Of a DNA stretch of 64,000 nucleotides, positions 37,701 to 50,050 are shown piece after piece; position 1 is the stretch's first letter; each line of letters opens with the position of its first letter. The notes under the pieces are model-generated. The model did not search any database, was not told the DNA's origin, and was given only the letters and a program-made list of their open reading frames with translations. Both the position numbers and the translations under genes were made by a program. This stretch comes from Cirrosporium novae-zelandiae (taxonomy: Eukaryota), in the NCBI GenBank assembly GCA_026023565.1, contig JAPETS010000048.1, positions 1 through 64,000 on the forward strand, in the 5' to 3' direction.

Positions 37701-37798
37701 TGCAGATCACTAGGAAGTGAAAAAAAGGTGGCATTCCTGGTAGGGTTGGTCGGGCAAGCCAAACTGGCCTTACCGTTACTTAGGCAAGCTGTCGACAT
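34731..37798 (-). CDS. F-box domain protein with LRR-like C-terminal region, multi-exon
   Basis: F-box-like FFSLPSDLQEDVFR/SDPSDLFNLAQVSHHFRVIAASHLYR; LRR-like LESLSIYLIP, LRRITLLNVG, LQELSF. Confidence 0.8.
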
Positions 37799-37923
37799 TC
37801 CGAGGCAGTAGGACACGACCTTCTTTTCTGGATTTTGGACCTCAAGGAAGTATGAAAGGATGTACTGCTCAGCACCTGGTTCCCTGGGATTTTGATTCTG
37901 TGTAACCAACAAATCAAGGCCTG

Positions 37924-37972
37924 TGGCTTTGGGCTTTGGGCTTTGGGCTTTGGGCTTTGGGCTTTGGGCTTT
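37924..37972. repeat. (GGGCTTT)n heptamer microsatellite
   Basis: 6 perfect units at 37931-37972 plus 1 imperfect unit. Confidence 0.95.
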
Positions 37973-38641
37973 TTGGTCTCTGGGGCGGTTAGTAAATTGC
38001 TATGACAGCCTTGCAAATGAGACGAAAGCGCAGTTCAGGTAAGTTAGAGGGCATAAGCAGCATCACAGGTGAAGTCATCGGCCTGTACAGAGGCCCGTGT
38101 ATCTCACCAGTTTCGGCTTTCGTTCGGTCTCCAACGTAATGAATTTTCCAATAGATTCTTGAGGAATTTACTTGGTTGGTACGAAATTCTGAAGAGCCTC
38201 AGGTGCAAAGCAGCCAGCCGAGCTACAGCCTTTGGACCTTATCCAATCGGATGAAACTCTGAGGAAGAAGGAAAAGGAGAAGAAGAAATAGAGAAAGAAA
38301 GAAAAAAAAACTGTTTAGAGGATATATTAAATTTTTGTAGTTAGTGAGAAAGTAATCTGCATCATGAACAATTTTGAATTCTTTCAACCATTTAGAAGTC
38401 GATATTGTTACTCCTACCACTCTCTCACTTAAAAGGTATAATCTTGCCCAGGGTACCACGGGTACCTACCAAACACCTAGTTACAAGCTACATATGTAAA
38501 AGGAAACACCTCCCAACATATTCAGCCAATGAAAGTATTTCGTCATACACATCATATGCTGCTACCTTCCCAGGTCCAGAAATACAATGAATCTCATTTC
38601 CCCAACCCATCTGCTAAGTAACCACTCTTAACATCAACCAG

Positions 38642-40174
38642 CTAAATATCCGTGTACCAATAGGCATCCTGGCCACACCCTATATGCTCGCAAACACAAT
38701 CCCAATATTCCGTGAACTCCGTCTTGAATAATGTTGGAAACCATGGTATAGTTCTGTTTTGACAGCACCTGCAGCCTAGGTCAGGTTGATTCAAGCCGTG
38801 ACTTTTATTCTTGTTAAGGGAAAGAACCTTAGGTTCGGTCTCTTTAGCTGCTTCCTTCTCTGGATCTTCAATGCGTTCTAAACACGCCTTCACCTCCCCT
38901 AAAACGGTTTTTTGACTGGGACGGTCGGTACGTTCGTAAATCAGTATCGCCCCCCTCCAATCGTACATTCTAGGAACCCGACCATCTTTATCTGGTGGCT
39001 CGATGCCCCCAATAATGATCCCTCCATATAGCATCCCATCGTACATCTTGATATTTCGGGGGTGTTGGGGATCCTCGTCCGACCAATATACCCGGTAATG
39101 GGCGTTCTCTGGGCGAAGGTATATTCCCCCGATCCATTTATAAGTTGCTGTTCTGGGTTCCGTGGTTCCCTCGCTCATGTACTGAAAAGAAAATCCTTCA
39201 GCTGTCAACCTTTTCTTTCTTGCAACTTGTTCTGGATCCCTATGGTCGGAGTACGTGTAGAGCGCTAATCTAGGCGGGACATCACCGATAACAAGTGGGG
39301 GGTCTTCCGCTTTTATGTGACTCGGGGATGAAGCCGGCATAAAATAATCTTGGATGGTCTCCGGAGAACAAATTAATGTATAAAGCTCAACTATGTTAGA
39401 ACCTATGTCAGAATTCGGTGTTTGCTTGCCTTGAAGGGTCAATTTGAATTGACCCCAGCCAGAGGAGCACACATTCCAGACATCGCCCAGGTCAAAGAAG
39501 GTTTCTTTGTTCACTGTGTCTTTGTCTTCTTCTCTGAGACTTTTCTGCGTCTCATTGACTATTTCATCCAGTATCGGGTCCTTTGCAGTTCGACTGTCCT
39601 CTAATGTATGAGAAGTCCAGTCATGGGCAACGAGGGATTTAGTCAACCTTTGTCGTTCTGTTTGAGCTTCCAGGGAAGCCATATCAGCCACCGTGAATCC
39701 AGCATCAAGAAAAATTGCTGCCACAATGCAACAATCAAGGGTGCAAGTTGCTGCGATCCATGTAGGTCCTCGACCTCGGTATGGGTAGAGGCTGCCAGAG
39801 CTGCTAAGTCGGTACGAGAAATTACCATTTGTTGTTGTGAATTTTGCTCGAACTTGGGATACACCACGGCCATTCCGAAGATTTTGCATGAGATCTTCAC
39901 GAGTTCCGACTACGGGGGACGAATCTGGGAATGGAAGTTTCGAACGGAGACTCACACCTAGAACGGTTTGAAGGCTGGGATAACATAGCTTATATAACAG
40001 CTTAGAGACTTCAAGATGCACGTTTGGCGGCATAACAGCTTTTTCTTTGATTTTACCATCAGCAAAATTGTCAACATCCGATCTTTTCCTTGGAAACATA
40101 CCTATAGTTGTTCGCTTCCTAACGCGTCGCCCCTCGGCATTTTCATCGCTGGAGTCTAAAGAGTGTTTTACCAT
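38642..40174 (-). CDS. Uncharacterised 510-aa protein, putative papain-fold (USP-like) cysteine protease
   Basis: Single long ORF; GPTWIAATCTLDCCIVA (Cys box-like), GGIY...AHYRVYW...MYDGM (His/Asp box-like). Confidence 0.7.
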   Translation of the reverse strand: MVKHSLDSSDENAEGRRVRKRTTIGMFPRKRSDVDNFADGKIKEKAVMPPNVHLEVSKLLYKLCYPSLQTVLGVSLRSKLPFPDSSPVVGTREDLMQNLRNGRGVSQVRAKFTTTNGNFSYRLSSSGSLYPYRGRGPTWIAATCTLDCCIVAAIFLDAGFTVADMASLEAQTERQRLTKSLVAHDWTSHTLEDSRTAKDPILDEIVNETQKSLREEDKDTVNKETFFDLGDVWNVCSSGWGQFKLTLQGKQTPNSDIGSNIVELYTLICSPETIQDYFMPASSPSHIKAEDPPLVIGDVPPRLALYTYSDHRDPEQVARKKRLTAEGFSFQYMSEGTTEPRTATYKWIGGIYLRPENAHYRVYWSDEDPQHPRNIKMYDGMLYGGIIIGGIEPPDKDGRVPRMYDWRGAILIYERTDRPSQKTVLGEVKACLERIEDPEKEAAKETEPKVLSLNKNKSHGLNQPDLGCRCCQNRTIPWFPTLFKTEFTEYWDCVCEHIGCGQDAYWYTDI

Positions 40175-40725
40175 TTTAACCGCTATTTATCTCCTGGTTA
40201 AGGTGTTTCTCCTTCCAAAGAGACTTTCGCTTTGGCAGGCCGGAAGCTACCAATATTTATCCTATTCCTTCTTTAAAATTTCGCTGTCGTTAGTATTCAA
40301 TTGTGAGAGAGAGAAATAGGCTTCTCGGAGAATTTTAAAACTCGAATTAACTGAAATAGATGTATAGCACTAAAGTAATAACTAGAGATGGTTCTGAGAA
40401 ACGCAACCCTAAAGGTCATGGCAATTTATCTACATAAAGGGGGTCAATGACCTCGATGTTCAAATACGCATCTGGTGGATGAACGCGATGAAGGAACGAA
40501 AACGGCGAAGCCAACAAAGATGTTGGAAATGAAAGATAAAGGGAACATAATGGCGTTGAAGTGATAATGAAACTGAGAATGCTATTCAACGTTGGAATAG
40601 ACATAGCTACTGATACTAAAGTAATTGTGATGAAGTTATTCAAGTCAGGGTGGAGTAAAGTGCAAGAGGAGACAGAAAAGTCAATTTGTATTTTGTGACT
40701 ATTTTGGGACTAGCGTATCATGTAA

Positions 40726-40768
40726 TTCGCGTTTTTGACTTTCCAACTTCCCTGACCGCGTCGCGAAA
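40726..40768. promoter_or_regulatory. MCB/SCB-like CGCG elements upstream of CDC45
   Basis: TTCGCGTTTTT and CCGCGTCGCGAAA about 300-350 bp upstream of a replication gene. Confidence 0.55.
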
Positions 40769-41071
40769 GCCTACTATAACGATATTCAACTTCAACTAGC
40801 TAATAACAACCAAGACTTCATATCTTGACTTTATATTCGAAATATACGTGTTATCATGACCCTGGATCGTGCCTACACCCAATTCTAAACTAGGCCCCTT
40901 GTCTTACGATTGAACCGACCCAATACGACCATCTACACATCGATCCTTTATGTTATTATATGAACTTTCCTGTCTACAGATAATGCAACAATTCCACGCT
41001 TCATGATATTTCAATAATTCGAATCCGTTCTTGTACTTGAATAATTCTGCCCACCTTGACAACGCCTTGCC

Positions 41072-43609
41072 ATGTACCTTCCACGAAGTTTAATTTCCCA
41101 CCTCTACCTTCATCTACTCCGAACCCATCATCCATTGTCTCCGCCAGTTCTGATACTTGTCTCCTTGGAGCCAGATGCCTTGTGCGCGTGCCGCATACTT
41201 ACCTCCCTTTTTAAGCGCGATTATATCTCTCATAAGATACAACCCGTCTCTGGATATGGCGACCTTGCAAAAGCTGGGCAGGATTTGATTCGCCCAATGA
41301 AAACTACAGAGGGTGGAAGTGGGGGCATTGTCGTCTGTTTAGGAGTAGGGGGTCTAGTTGACTTGGGAGAATTGTTGGGATTAGAAAATGAAAATGGCGA
41401 GCAAAGTGAAACCGGGGGCATAGAGGTTTGGGTCATCGATGCAAGAAGGCCGTGGAATTTGGGGAATGTATTCGGTTCACCACAGGAACAGCCATCTCTG
41501 AGAGATATCGATATGAATTCACGTAGGAAACAACTGGGTGTTGAAAGAGGCCGAATACTACCTTCCTATAGACCCGGTCATGGAGGTATCATTGTGTTCG
41601 ATGATGGAGATATTGAGGAGGGCCTTGGAAAGGAGAAAGATTCATACTGCGCACTTCTGGATATACCAGATGTGGATGACGATGGAGAAGAGAGTGATGA
41701 TTCCGAAAGCGAAAACGATTACCCCTCTCTTGTTTTAGGGCAGTCCAGGAAACGGAAGTCTTGGTCAGATCGCAACGAAGATGAGGAAAGTGACCTTGAG
41801 AATCAAAGACCTCAGCGGAGGGTGCGAAGTAATTCGGTAAGATTAGTGAAACCGGCTGTAAAATATCCTGGCTGATATTTCTAGGGCTCTTCCATGCCTT
41901 CATCTCCTCGTCCACGAACACTCCTTATAGCTGGTTCACGTTCTGTCTCTCCTGATTCACGATCTCCGTCACCAGCAGTAGTTCCGAAAGAGCCTTCTGC
42001 ACGAACACTGCGCCGCAGGTTGCTCCGATTGAAGAGAAAACATGAGTCTGTCCTACGCGCCTATTATTCACTGGGTGCCTCGTATTCGGAGCCAGTAGCA
42101 TCACTAGTTTATTCGTTGGCCTCTGAAATTGGAAGAGAAGACAATGATCTTCTGTGGTATGCTATCGTAGGTGTTTCAAGTCTTGAACTATACGGACGTG
42201 GTGATGCCGGTGTGAGTGTGTCATCTTCATCAGAACAAGGTGGCTCGGCAGGTTGGGGAGGGGAAAGGAATGAACGAATAAGACAGCTTCTTCGTGACGA
42301 AGTTCGAAGACTCAATCCTCCGGATACAAACGACATTCACACAGGCGATTATGATCGAGGCGATGCTACTGGTGTCATACCAACTACCGCAAAGTCTCCC
42401 ACAGATAACTCTATACGACTCAGCCCAGAGCCTAGGTTTCTCCTTGTTCGGCATTGGTCATTATATGATAGTATGCTGCATTCGCCATACCTTTCAGCAC
42501 GACTACACATTTGGAGTGATGCAGGTCGCAAGCGCCTCCACAAACTGCTTGCGAAAATGGGTGTCAGCCTAACTCAATGCAAACAAAGTTATACTCACAT
42601 GGATATGGACCTCAAGCGAGGGTTACGGGAAAAACTTCTAAAGTATGCTCCGGTATATGGCCTAGATGGGTTAGTGCCTCCTGCAACGGGTATGAGGGGA
42701 GGTAAGGAAGGCTGGGGATTTGTTCGAAGCTGGGGATGGAAGGCATGTCTCAGCGCTACGGATGTTGCCGTCATTGTTGGTGCTATTCTAGAAGTTGGTA
42801 AATCCGGCCTCAAAGGTCAAGATGACAACAACTGGGATATTTCACAAAGACGGGAACCGATCGATGCCGATGGGACCGCAGAAAATGAGGAATGGGTTGG
42901 CAGATTCTTTGAAGCCTATGATGCTCTTTCCAAGATTGACGCTCTGAAGCATGCTCTTCCTACGGCCCAGCATCTTCACCGTAGCATCCTTCGAACCGGG
43001 ACATCATTGCTTGAGAAGCGCCAGATAAGACATCTACGGGCGTTCAGGATGGCTGTCGTTAGAGACGGGCCAGATGTTCAACTATTTACCCATCCTGGTG
43101 CATTAACTAAACTAGCTTTATGGGTTGGCGAAGCCATTCAGGAACAGGAGAAAGAAAAGAAAGGTCCAAGTAGGAGAGGAACTCCGCTTGTGCTAGCTGC
43201 TTTGAATGAATCTAGAGGAGTTTATGTGATTGTAGGTACTGGCTCAGGTGGTGGGGTGGTTGATTTAGTGGGGAAACGGGAAAGAAAAGAACGAAGAGAG
43301 GCCAAGAAAAAGGCCAAAGAAGAGAAGAGGGCTGAACGGGAAAGAAAGCTAAAGGGGGGCAACGGGGAAGATGAGGATGATGAAGGAGAAGAAACAGAGG
43401 ATGCAGACAGTGATGACAGTGATTCTGACGAAGAGTCTGAGGAGCGTGGCTATGGAAGAAATCGATTCGGGAATGCTTTTCAAGAAGTCATCGAGGAAAC
43501 CAATGCACGTACGAGAATTGACAGTTTCGAGACATGTGTGGTGGAAATTAGAAAGGAGGATTTGAGTGGGTTTTTGGAGTCTTTGAGTATGAAAGCGGTT
43601 GTTGGCTAG
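41072..43609 (+). CDS. CDC45: DNA replication initiation factor Cdc45, 2 exons
   Basis: LVSLEPDALCACRIL, IDARRPWNL, LVRHWSLYDSMLHS, LLAKMGVSL, NRFGNAFQEV, IDSFETCVVEI; intron at about 41837-41884. Confidence 0.97.
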
Positions 43610-43879
43610 GGTCTTGCTAGTGTTTTCTTTGGAATTCCCTCACCGCATGGAATAATGAATATGGGGCTATGGCGTTTCTTGGATTAAGGGGAGTGGTTAA
43701 TGGGAATAGTCGGTTTGGTGCTATGCTTGCGCGCCAAATGGCTGCTATTGAATCAATGACTCTGTTCTATTTCAGCGGCCTTGACCACACCTATAGTGTC
43801 ATCGTCTTCATGAGTTCTGCACCCTTGAATCTTCACGTATTCAAAATTCAAATATCTAATAATTATTGCTTTGTGAGTC

Positions 43880-44660
43880 CTAATTACTGCCCAGCCTGTT
43901 TTCTTTTGCCGACTTGTTCTTTTCCCTTATATCTTGAATTTCTTCTCTCGTGGCATCAAAGCTCACATTGTTCTCCTGGTTGAATGGATTCAAAGGGCTC
44001 TTCTCAAATTCCTTTCGAATGATTTCAGTCCGCTGGTTTCGTCTTAGACCCTTCTGCTCTTCTTCAAGCTCCGGCATCCGCTTGGCCTCATATGCTTTGA
44101 ACGCTGCTGCATACCTGCGTTCGGGATGACGATCTACTTTGTCCTTGCTCTCGGTGGTCAAAGATAATGCGTCAAGAGCGTCTTCGATATTGTGTGCGCT
44201 GAGAGCAGAGGGGGCCTTATCATCGAGCTGCGAAAGATCCAGACCCTTTGTTCGTTTCGTAGCAACATGAGACTTGCCACCACCCTTGGGCTTCGATGGG
44301 GCAGATGCTTCTTCTTCAGCAAGGAGGGCGGCCTTTTCAGCTTTCTTTCGCTGTGCTTCTGCTTTCCTAGCCTCAGCTTCTTCCCTATTCAAATGTTAGT
44401 AGAAAGTAAAGTTGCAACTCAATCAGAAGAGAAAGTCACTTTTTAGCATTTGACTTGGAGCCTTTGGACCATTTCGCGTCTTCTGCGGCACTTTTCTTTT
44501 GGTCCTCGGTCGCTTGTTTTGCGGCCGCGGCTTCAGCTTTCTGCAAAGTAACAAGTTATAATATTAGTCTGAGAATTTTTCGTTAAGCTCTGGAAAGTTA
44601 ATATAATACCCTAGCGTTTCCAACTGCCTTTTTGGAATTTTCACCACCCTTTTTAGCCAT
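43880..44660 (-). CDS. CCDC124/Oxs1/Lso2-family (DUF1014) protein, 3 exons
   Basis: MAKKGGENSKKAVGNAR/KAE..., KWSKGSK, ALDALSL...DRHPERRYAAAFKAYE, FEKSPLNPFNQ. Confidence 0.92.
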
Positions 44661-44927
44661 ACCGTATGTACTATGCGTATTTTCTTGATGTTGGAGATTG
44701 GGGTGAGTACAGTGGGGTAATCTATCAAGTTGAAATTACGTGCGTCAGTGGAATTGGTTATCTAATCTTGATCTTCACGTGAGACACTAACTTAAATGTA
44801 ACTAATCACGTGCTAAGCCTGCTAGTTACTCCTATCGTACTTAAAGTACACGAACAAGAATCATACTGATATTCAATACATAATTCTAGAGACAGATTAA
44901 TAATGAATCGGCTGATCAAATTCTACA

Positions 44928-46140
44928 ATGCTGGGGATGAGGATGAAATCCAACCTTCTTATGTCCAACACTGTCATCTGGATTGGAATCCGAAAGCCAA
45001 AATATTGCCCAATTCCTCTCCGGCCCGACTATGTCCTGCAACATAGAACAACAAGCACCTTGAGGGGCAAGCTTGTTTATAGGTATCAAGGCTGGTTTCG
45101 TAAACCAGGTGAAGGAGATGGGAACTTTCATTGGTCCTGGCCAGTACCTATCTTGGGTCTATTTGGTCCAAGTACTAAGTAAAAGGAATGGGAACTAATA
45201 TATAAGCCGTAGAGATAGTAAGTCAAGCTATTGAAAGAAATCCATCTACTGAAAATTGATAAAAACTACAATTAAGCATCGATTACTACCCATACATAAC
45301 AGAATATCTCAGCGAATGCAAATTTGCAACCCCCTTCTTACTCCCCCATGGAAAGAATGCCACCCGCTATGCAGGCATATGTACTAGAGTTGGCAAACAC
45401 TTCCAATGGATGCGGCAAGCTGGAATCGACGGCATTTTCGGTTAACATTTTAGGGGGACTCTTATGCACCCTACTAGCCTCCCATGGGTGCTCTTGGATC
45501 TGGTCAAGACAGTTGTCGAGAAATATGACCGGGTCTTCGCCATTCAGTATGATATGGGCGATGCCTCTTCGTCCCCCAATGTGAATCTAACGGCTCGGAT
45601 TCTTGCAGACTTGTCCAAACTTCTAAATTATACAAAATCCTCTACCTCTCTACATCAGGACAAGAATCCCGTAGGCGAAGTATGGGGCTTGATGGTATCT
45701 ACACAGGAATTAGCGCAGCTAACTCTCTTTCCATTGCCAAAGCTATGAAGACCACCCCCCTATCTTCCTTGTATTTGGTGCCAAACATTGGTAGCGTGAA
45801 GAATATAGCCAAAACACCCGACACCTACAAAACGACAGATGTCCTCCAATTGCGGGCCGTCGAGGCGTATCCCAACTCCTCTTACACCTCCAACTTCTAT
45901 TCCAACAAGCAAGCAAGTTCTCAATAATCAAATCTTCTCCATAACCACCATTAAATACTCACCTATCATCTAGTCCGGTGGTTCTAACTCAAACTTACAA
46001 GGAGGTTCGTCCACAGCTTTCGACAATGCTCCTGGGTATAACGGCTCCTTTTATAAATCATAAGCTAAACACATAATGAATCTACAGCAGTTCGAAAGGC
46101 GTTGGGATTGTCTTGAAAATGTAGAACAGTTTCGTTGAAT
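44928..46140 (+). pseudogene. Disrupted GH71/GH99-like (fungal xylosidase/arabinosidase-type) glycoside hydrolase gene
   Basis: TLRGKLVYRYQGWFRKPGEG..HW, KHFQWMRQAGIDGIFG*HF (stop at 45443-45445), FAIQYD, PGYN; split across several frames. Confidence 0.65.
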
Positions 46141-46521
46141 TTTCCCGGGAATTGGCATCAAGTGACGTTAGCTGATGATGATAATGCAGTACCCAATTGA
46201 AAGTCCTTCATTCCTACAGTAGTATCATCAATATAAATACCTATAAATTTAATACCCGACTCAATTTCGTTCCAAGTTTCTATCAATGTCTATCCATACG
46301 TAGTGCAGAACTAGATTTGAATTCTCTATATCTACTTACTATCGCACATTAGTTTAAGAAACCTTTATCAAAACCCAAGAACTTTTTATACAGTACAGTT
46401 ACATGTAATTACTCGCTTAATACCCCCCCGTGCCCCCAAGCCAACTCAATATTTCCGCCCCTACCTTACATACTTATTCCTCTGAATCATCGCTAATTTC
46501 AACAAATCAGAACAACAAACA

Positions 46522-46600
46522 TCCCAGCTGGTGTAGCGGTAACATACGTCGCTCTCAACGAAGTGCCGACGTGCCCAGGGTTCGACTCCCTGGCTGGGAA
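46522..46600 (+). tRNA. tRNA-Glu(CTC) with an 8-nt intron (46558-46565)
   Basis: Acceptor TCCCAGC/GCTGGGA, D arm GTGT/ACAT, anticodon stem CGTCG/CGACG with loop CT-CTC-A^C, T arm CAGGG-TTCGACT-CCCTG, T-run downstream. Confidence 0.95.
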
Positions 46601-47523
46601 TTTATATTTTTGCTCTCGCATGATATATTTTTTTTGTTTTTTATCTTTATTAAATGTATCTATCTATCTATATCTCTGTGATATATAAAGTAAAGTATAT
46701 AAGAAAAGAGAGAGAAAGTTGAAATACTTGGCCAAACAAGTATCTAATAAAAAGATTTCTTTTTCTTTCTCCACTATTACTTCTATTAATCAACAGCAGA
46801 ATCATTTTTTGAAATGGATGGACATGCATGGTACGCGATAGCTAGTATCATGTAGCTATAGCTGCTTCAGTTCAGTTATAAAGAATAATTAATATAGGTG
46901 GGTGGGTGGGTATTGAGGTTGGGGCATAGCTATAGTTAAGTTAAGGTGGTGATAGTGGCGGAATGGATTACTGGTAGTAAGTATATAGAATAATAAGCCT
47001 ATATATCCAAGGGGTTCCTTGGTTGTGGTAGGAGAATGATTTATTGGCAAGATATTATAAGGGGGATTAGTGTCTAAAGATGGAAATAGTATGGCGGGGG
47101 GTTAGAACAGTATGGGGCGCAAATAGAGTCAAAGTATACAGATTATAGTATCTATCTTATTTCGGGGGTTTCATAAAAGATGCACCGTCGTAGACCGCGA
47201 ATGGGAAATGTATATGTATTTTTTTTTTAAAAAACAAAGGGAGGGGTAAGGGGAGGGGGCTTTTAATGTCAATTTAGCTGTCCTCAGAGTGGAAGGAAGA
47301 GATTGTCCTGGATGGTGAGTGGTTATATACTATATACTACATCCCATACTATCAGTCTATCAAATTGCCGTGTATAGCCACGGATACTATATCAGGTATC
47401 ATAACAAGTCGTAACTAAAGCCAAAGTCCTACCCACATCAAAGTCATCAAAATCCCAAATGTCTATCAGTAAAATGCCAAACACGAATCGCATAATTTAA
47501 ACAACTCCATCCCAGGTCATTCA

Positions 47524-48655
47524 TCAATCCAAATTATTTACTCCCCCATTGTATTCCTTTCGCCTGGTCTCCCCTAAGGCGGAGAGTCCCTCACCAACAC
47601 CCTCTGCCACCCCTCCCACGACTTCTTTCATAGCCTCTCCCATTTCCCCCATGCCCCACATCATAATCTGTCCCACCTTTCCATCGCCGACATTGACGAG
47701 CCTTTCCCCAAAACCAACTGTATTCCTCGCCAGTTTATCCGTACCTACAATTAAGACAGCGAGGGCACGACCGGAGAGGTTGTGTTTGCGGTCAAGGTCA
47801 TGAGCCTGGCTTAGGATGGCCCGTATGTAGGGGAAGATGAAGGAGAAAATAAGGAAAAGCTGTAGAACTGTGGCAGAGAAAGCGCGGTGGAGGAAGGAAG
47901 GTTGGATGTCCCTCTGGTTTGATTGGTTTTGGTTTTGCCCATGGTTTTCTTCCGTGGGGAGCAATTGTTGAGACGGGGAATAGACAATTTGTTTGGGGAG
48001 CGCAGACGTGATACTTGATGCTTCGTCGGCCTCGAGGGAGGGTGGGAGCGCTCGAAGCAGATATGTTATGGCGTGGATATATAGATCTCTTGTTATGGAC
48101 CGGGGACCGGCTGAAGGGGACTGTCGAGATTCGGAAAAAGATAGGTTAAGAACATTGAGGCCTTGGATGTTACGTTAGAGTTGTGCACACTTTCTTCTCG
48201 TTATATGATACCACGATACCTTGAGCGGCGTATTTCCAGTTGAGCCCTGATTTTGATTCCATTTCAGGCATCGGTACGGCGGCTGGAGAGGAAGATGGTC
48301 TCATCTGGGTAGGAATCTCTTTCTCTTGAGGCTCTTCCTCTTGAGGCCCTTCCTCTTCCTCTTCCAGGTGGAAGAAATTTGTCTCTGTGGCAGGCTCGGC
48401 CCCGTGCTCTGCTGACTGCGCGGGGCGCAAACTATACATTGTCATGGACCGTCGAAGGGAAGGAATTCGAGGCAATCGATTGGACACGGAAGATGGTAGC
48501 ATACTGTAGAGCGAGGATGCACCGGGGGTGGCGGTCAAGTCAAGAGAAAGAGGACGCGAGTGATGAGGCCTTGTGGGAACCTTACGAGTGGTGGATGGCA
48601 TGGTGGAGGAGCAATTAGGACGATGGGTTAGTCCCTGAGGACTAGAAACAGTCAT
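47524..48655 (-). CDS. Hypothetical protein with a predicted C-terminal membrane segment, 2 exons; start uncertain
   Basis: ORFs joined across an intron near 48219-48162; SGLNWKYAAQG, LYIHAITYLLRALP, hydrophobic LQLFLIFSFIFPYI. Confidence 0.7.
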
Positions 48656-50050
48656 GAGCAAGAAGCAGGTGGCCCGAATATAGATAAGCCGTGATCTGTA
48701 AAGCCAATAGGTTATGTTGCAGCAATCATTAAGAAGTTAAATAAAAAAATATTAAAGTAACTGCAAGAGACAAACAAAGGAAGGAAAGAGAATAAGAAGA
48801 TGTGGATGGGAGGGGGGGATACAAATAACTGTGAATAATTGAGTACTAAGTATATTTAAGACGTAAGTTAATTAGTATCCTACAAACATTCATTTTCCTT
48901 TGACGACGACAAAGGGCAGGAAGGGGGGTTGAGAATAGAAAGGATTTCACATGCCAATGCTCCGACTTTGATTGGCAACATTGCCTTGTGAGCCTCACGA
49001 ATCTAGTTAGATAGTTAATATTGGATAATGCGGTATGAAGTAAAGCATAATTCCAAAGCTGAGAAAGAAAAGCCAAGTACTTATAAGAAGGTATTGATAA
49101 GGATTAATGCAGATGGATGTTTTTTTTTAATTAAAATCTATCAACCAGAGCCAGACCATTAGCATGCATGGGATGGCTGACAGCGGCTTTCCTGTGAGGA
49201 CCCGTTAGAGACAAAAAAAAAAGGCGGTGGCACTGGTACGGTACTGTCATGTAACCAAGTATCCAGGTACAGTAAGTACCCAACCACCTCGGTAAAGAAA
49301 AACCCCCCTAGATCTAGTTCGGTAGGTTGTTTAAACCCTATAACTCCCTAACTGCTAACTTTTCCTATTTCGGATTATGATGTTCGGATTTCCAAATGGG
49401 GCAGATTCTATGCCCGAGTCCTCTTGCTCCATGGTCCTCACCAAGAAGGCACCTATTATTCCAGAATATAAAGTTGGTGGAAAGTAAGGTGACTAATAGT
49501 GTAATAGTCTAGAAGAGAGAGTAGGAGGATAATACTCGTCGTTGGACTCGATATGGTCCTCTTAACCACAACTCATGCACTTTCTCTTGGCACCCATGAA
49601 GATACTCATGTACTGCAATGGTTATATATCTTGACCTTATATTGTTGGGAGTGGTGGTGAATTTAACCGATTTAACATCACGTGGAGGCGCTGTGGCTGT
49701 CTCTAGTGGTTACCGTACTCCTCCCTACGTTCACCAATAAAGACCAAAATAGTTTAAAGATTGAGTCTGAGTTCTTCCATTCATATTTGTCGTACTCATG
49801 GCATAGAACTAATACATAGCATTCATACTTTTTGAGAGCCAGTAATTAACCGCATACTTACACACATTCATATATTCCGATTGAAGCAAATACACAAACT
49901 TTCCAACGTTGGTTTCATCACCATTCGTCCCATACCCTCCATCGGTGGTCCTCCGCTTCTCCGTTTCGGCCCCCATCGAGCAAGGGGATTTATTCCCTCA
50001 ATCTCCAATTGCCTTTTAATTCCCCCTCTCTTGAACGGCATTACCTTACC

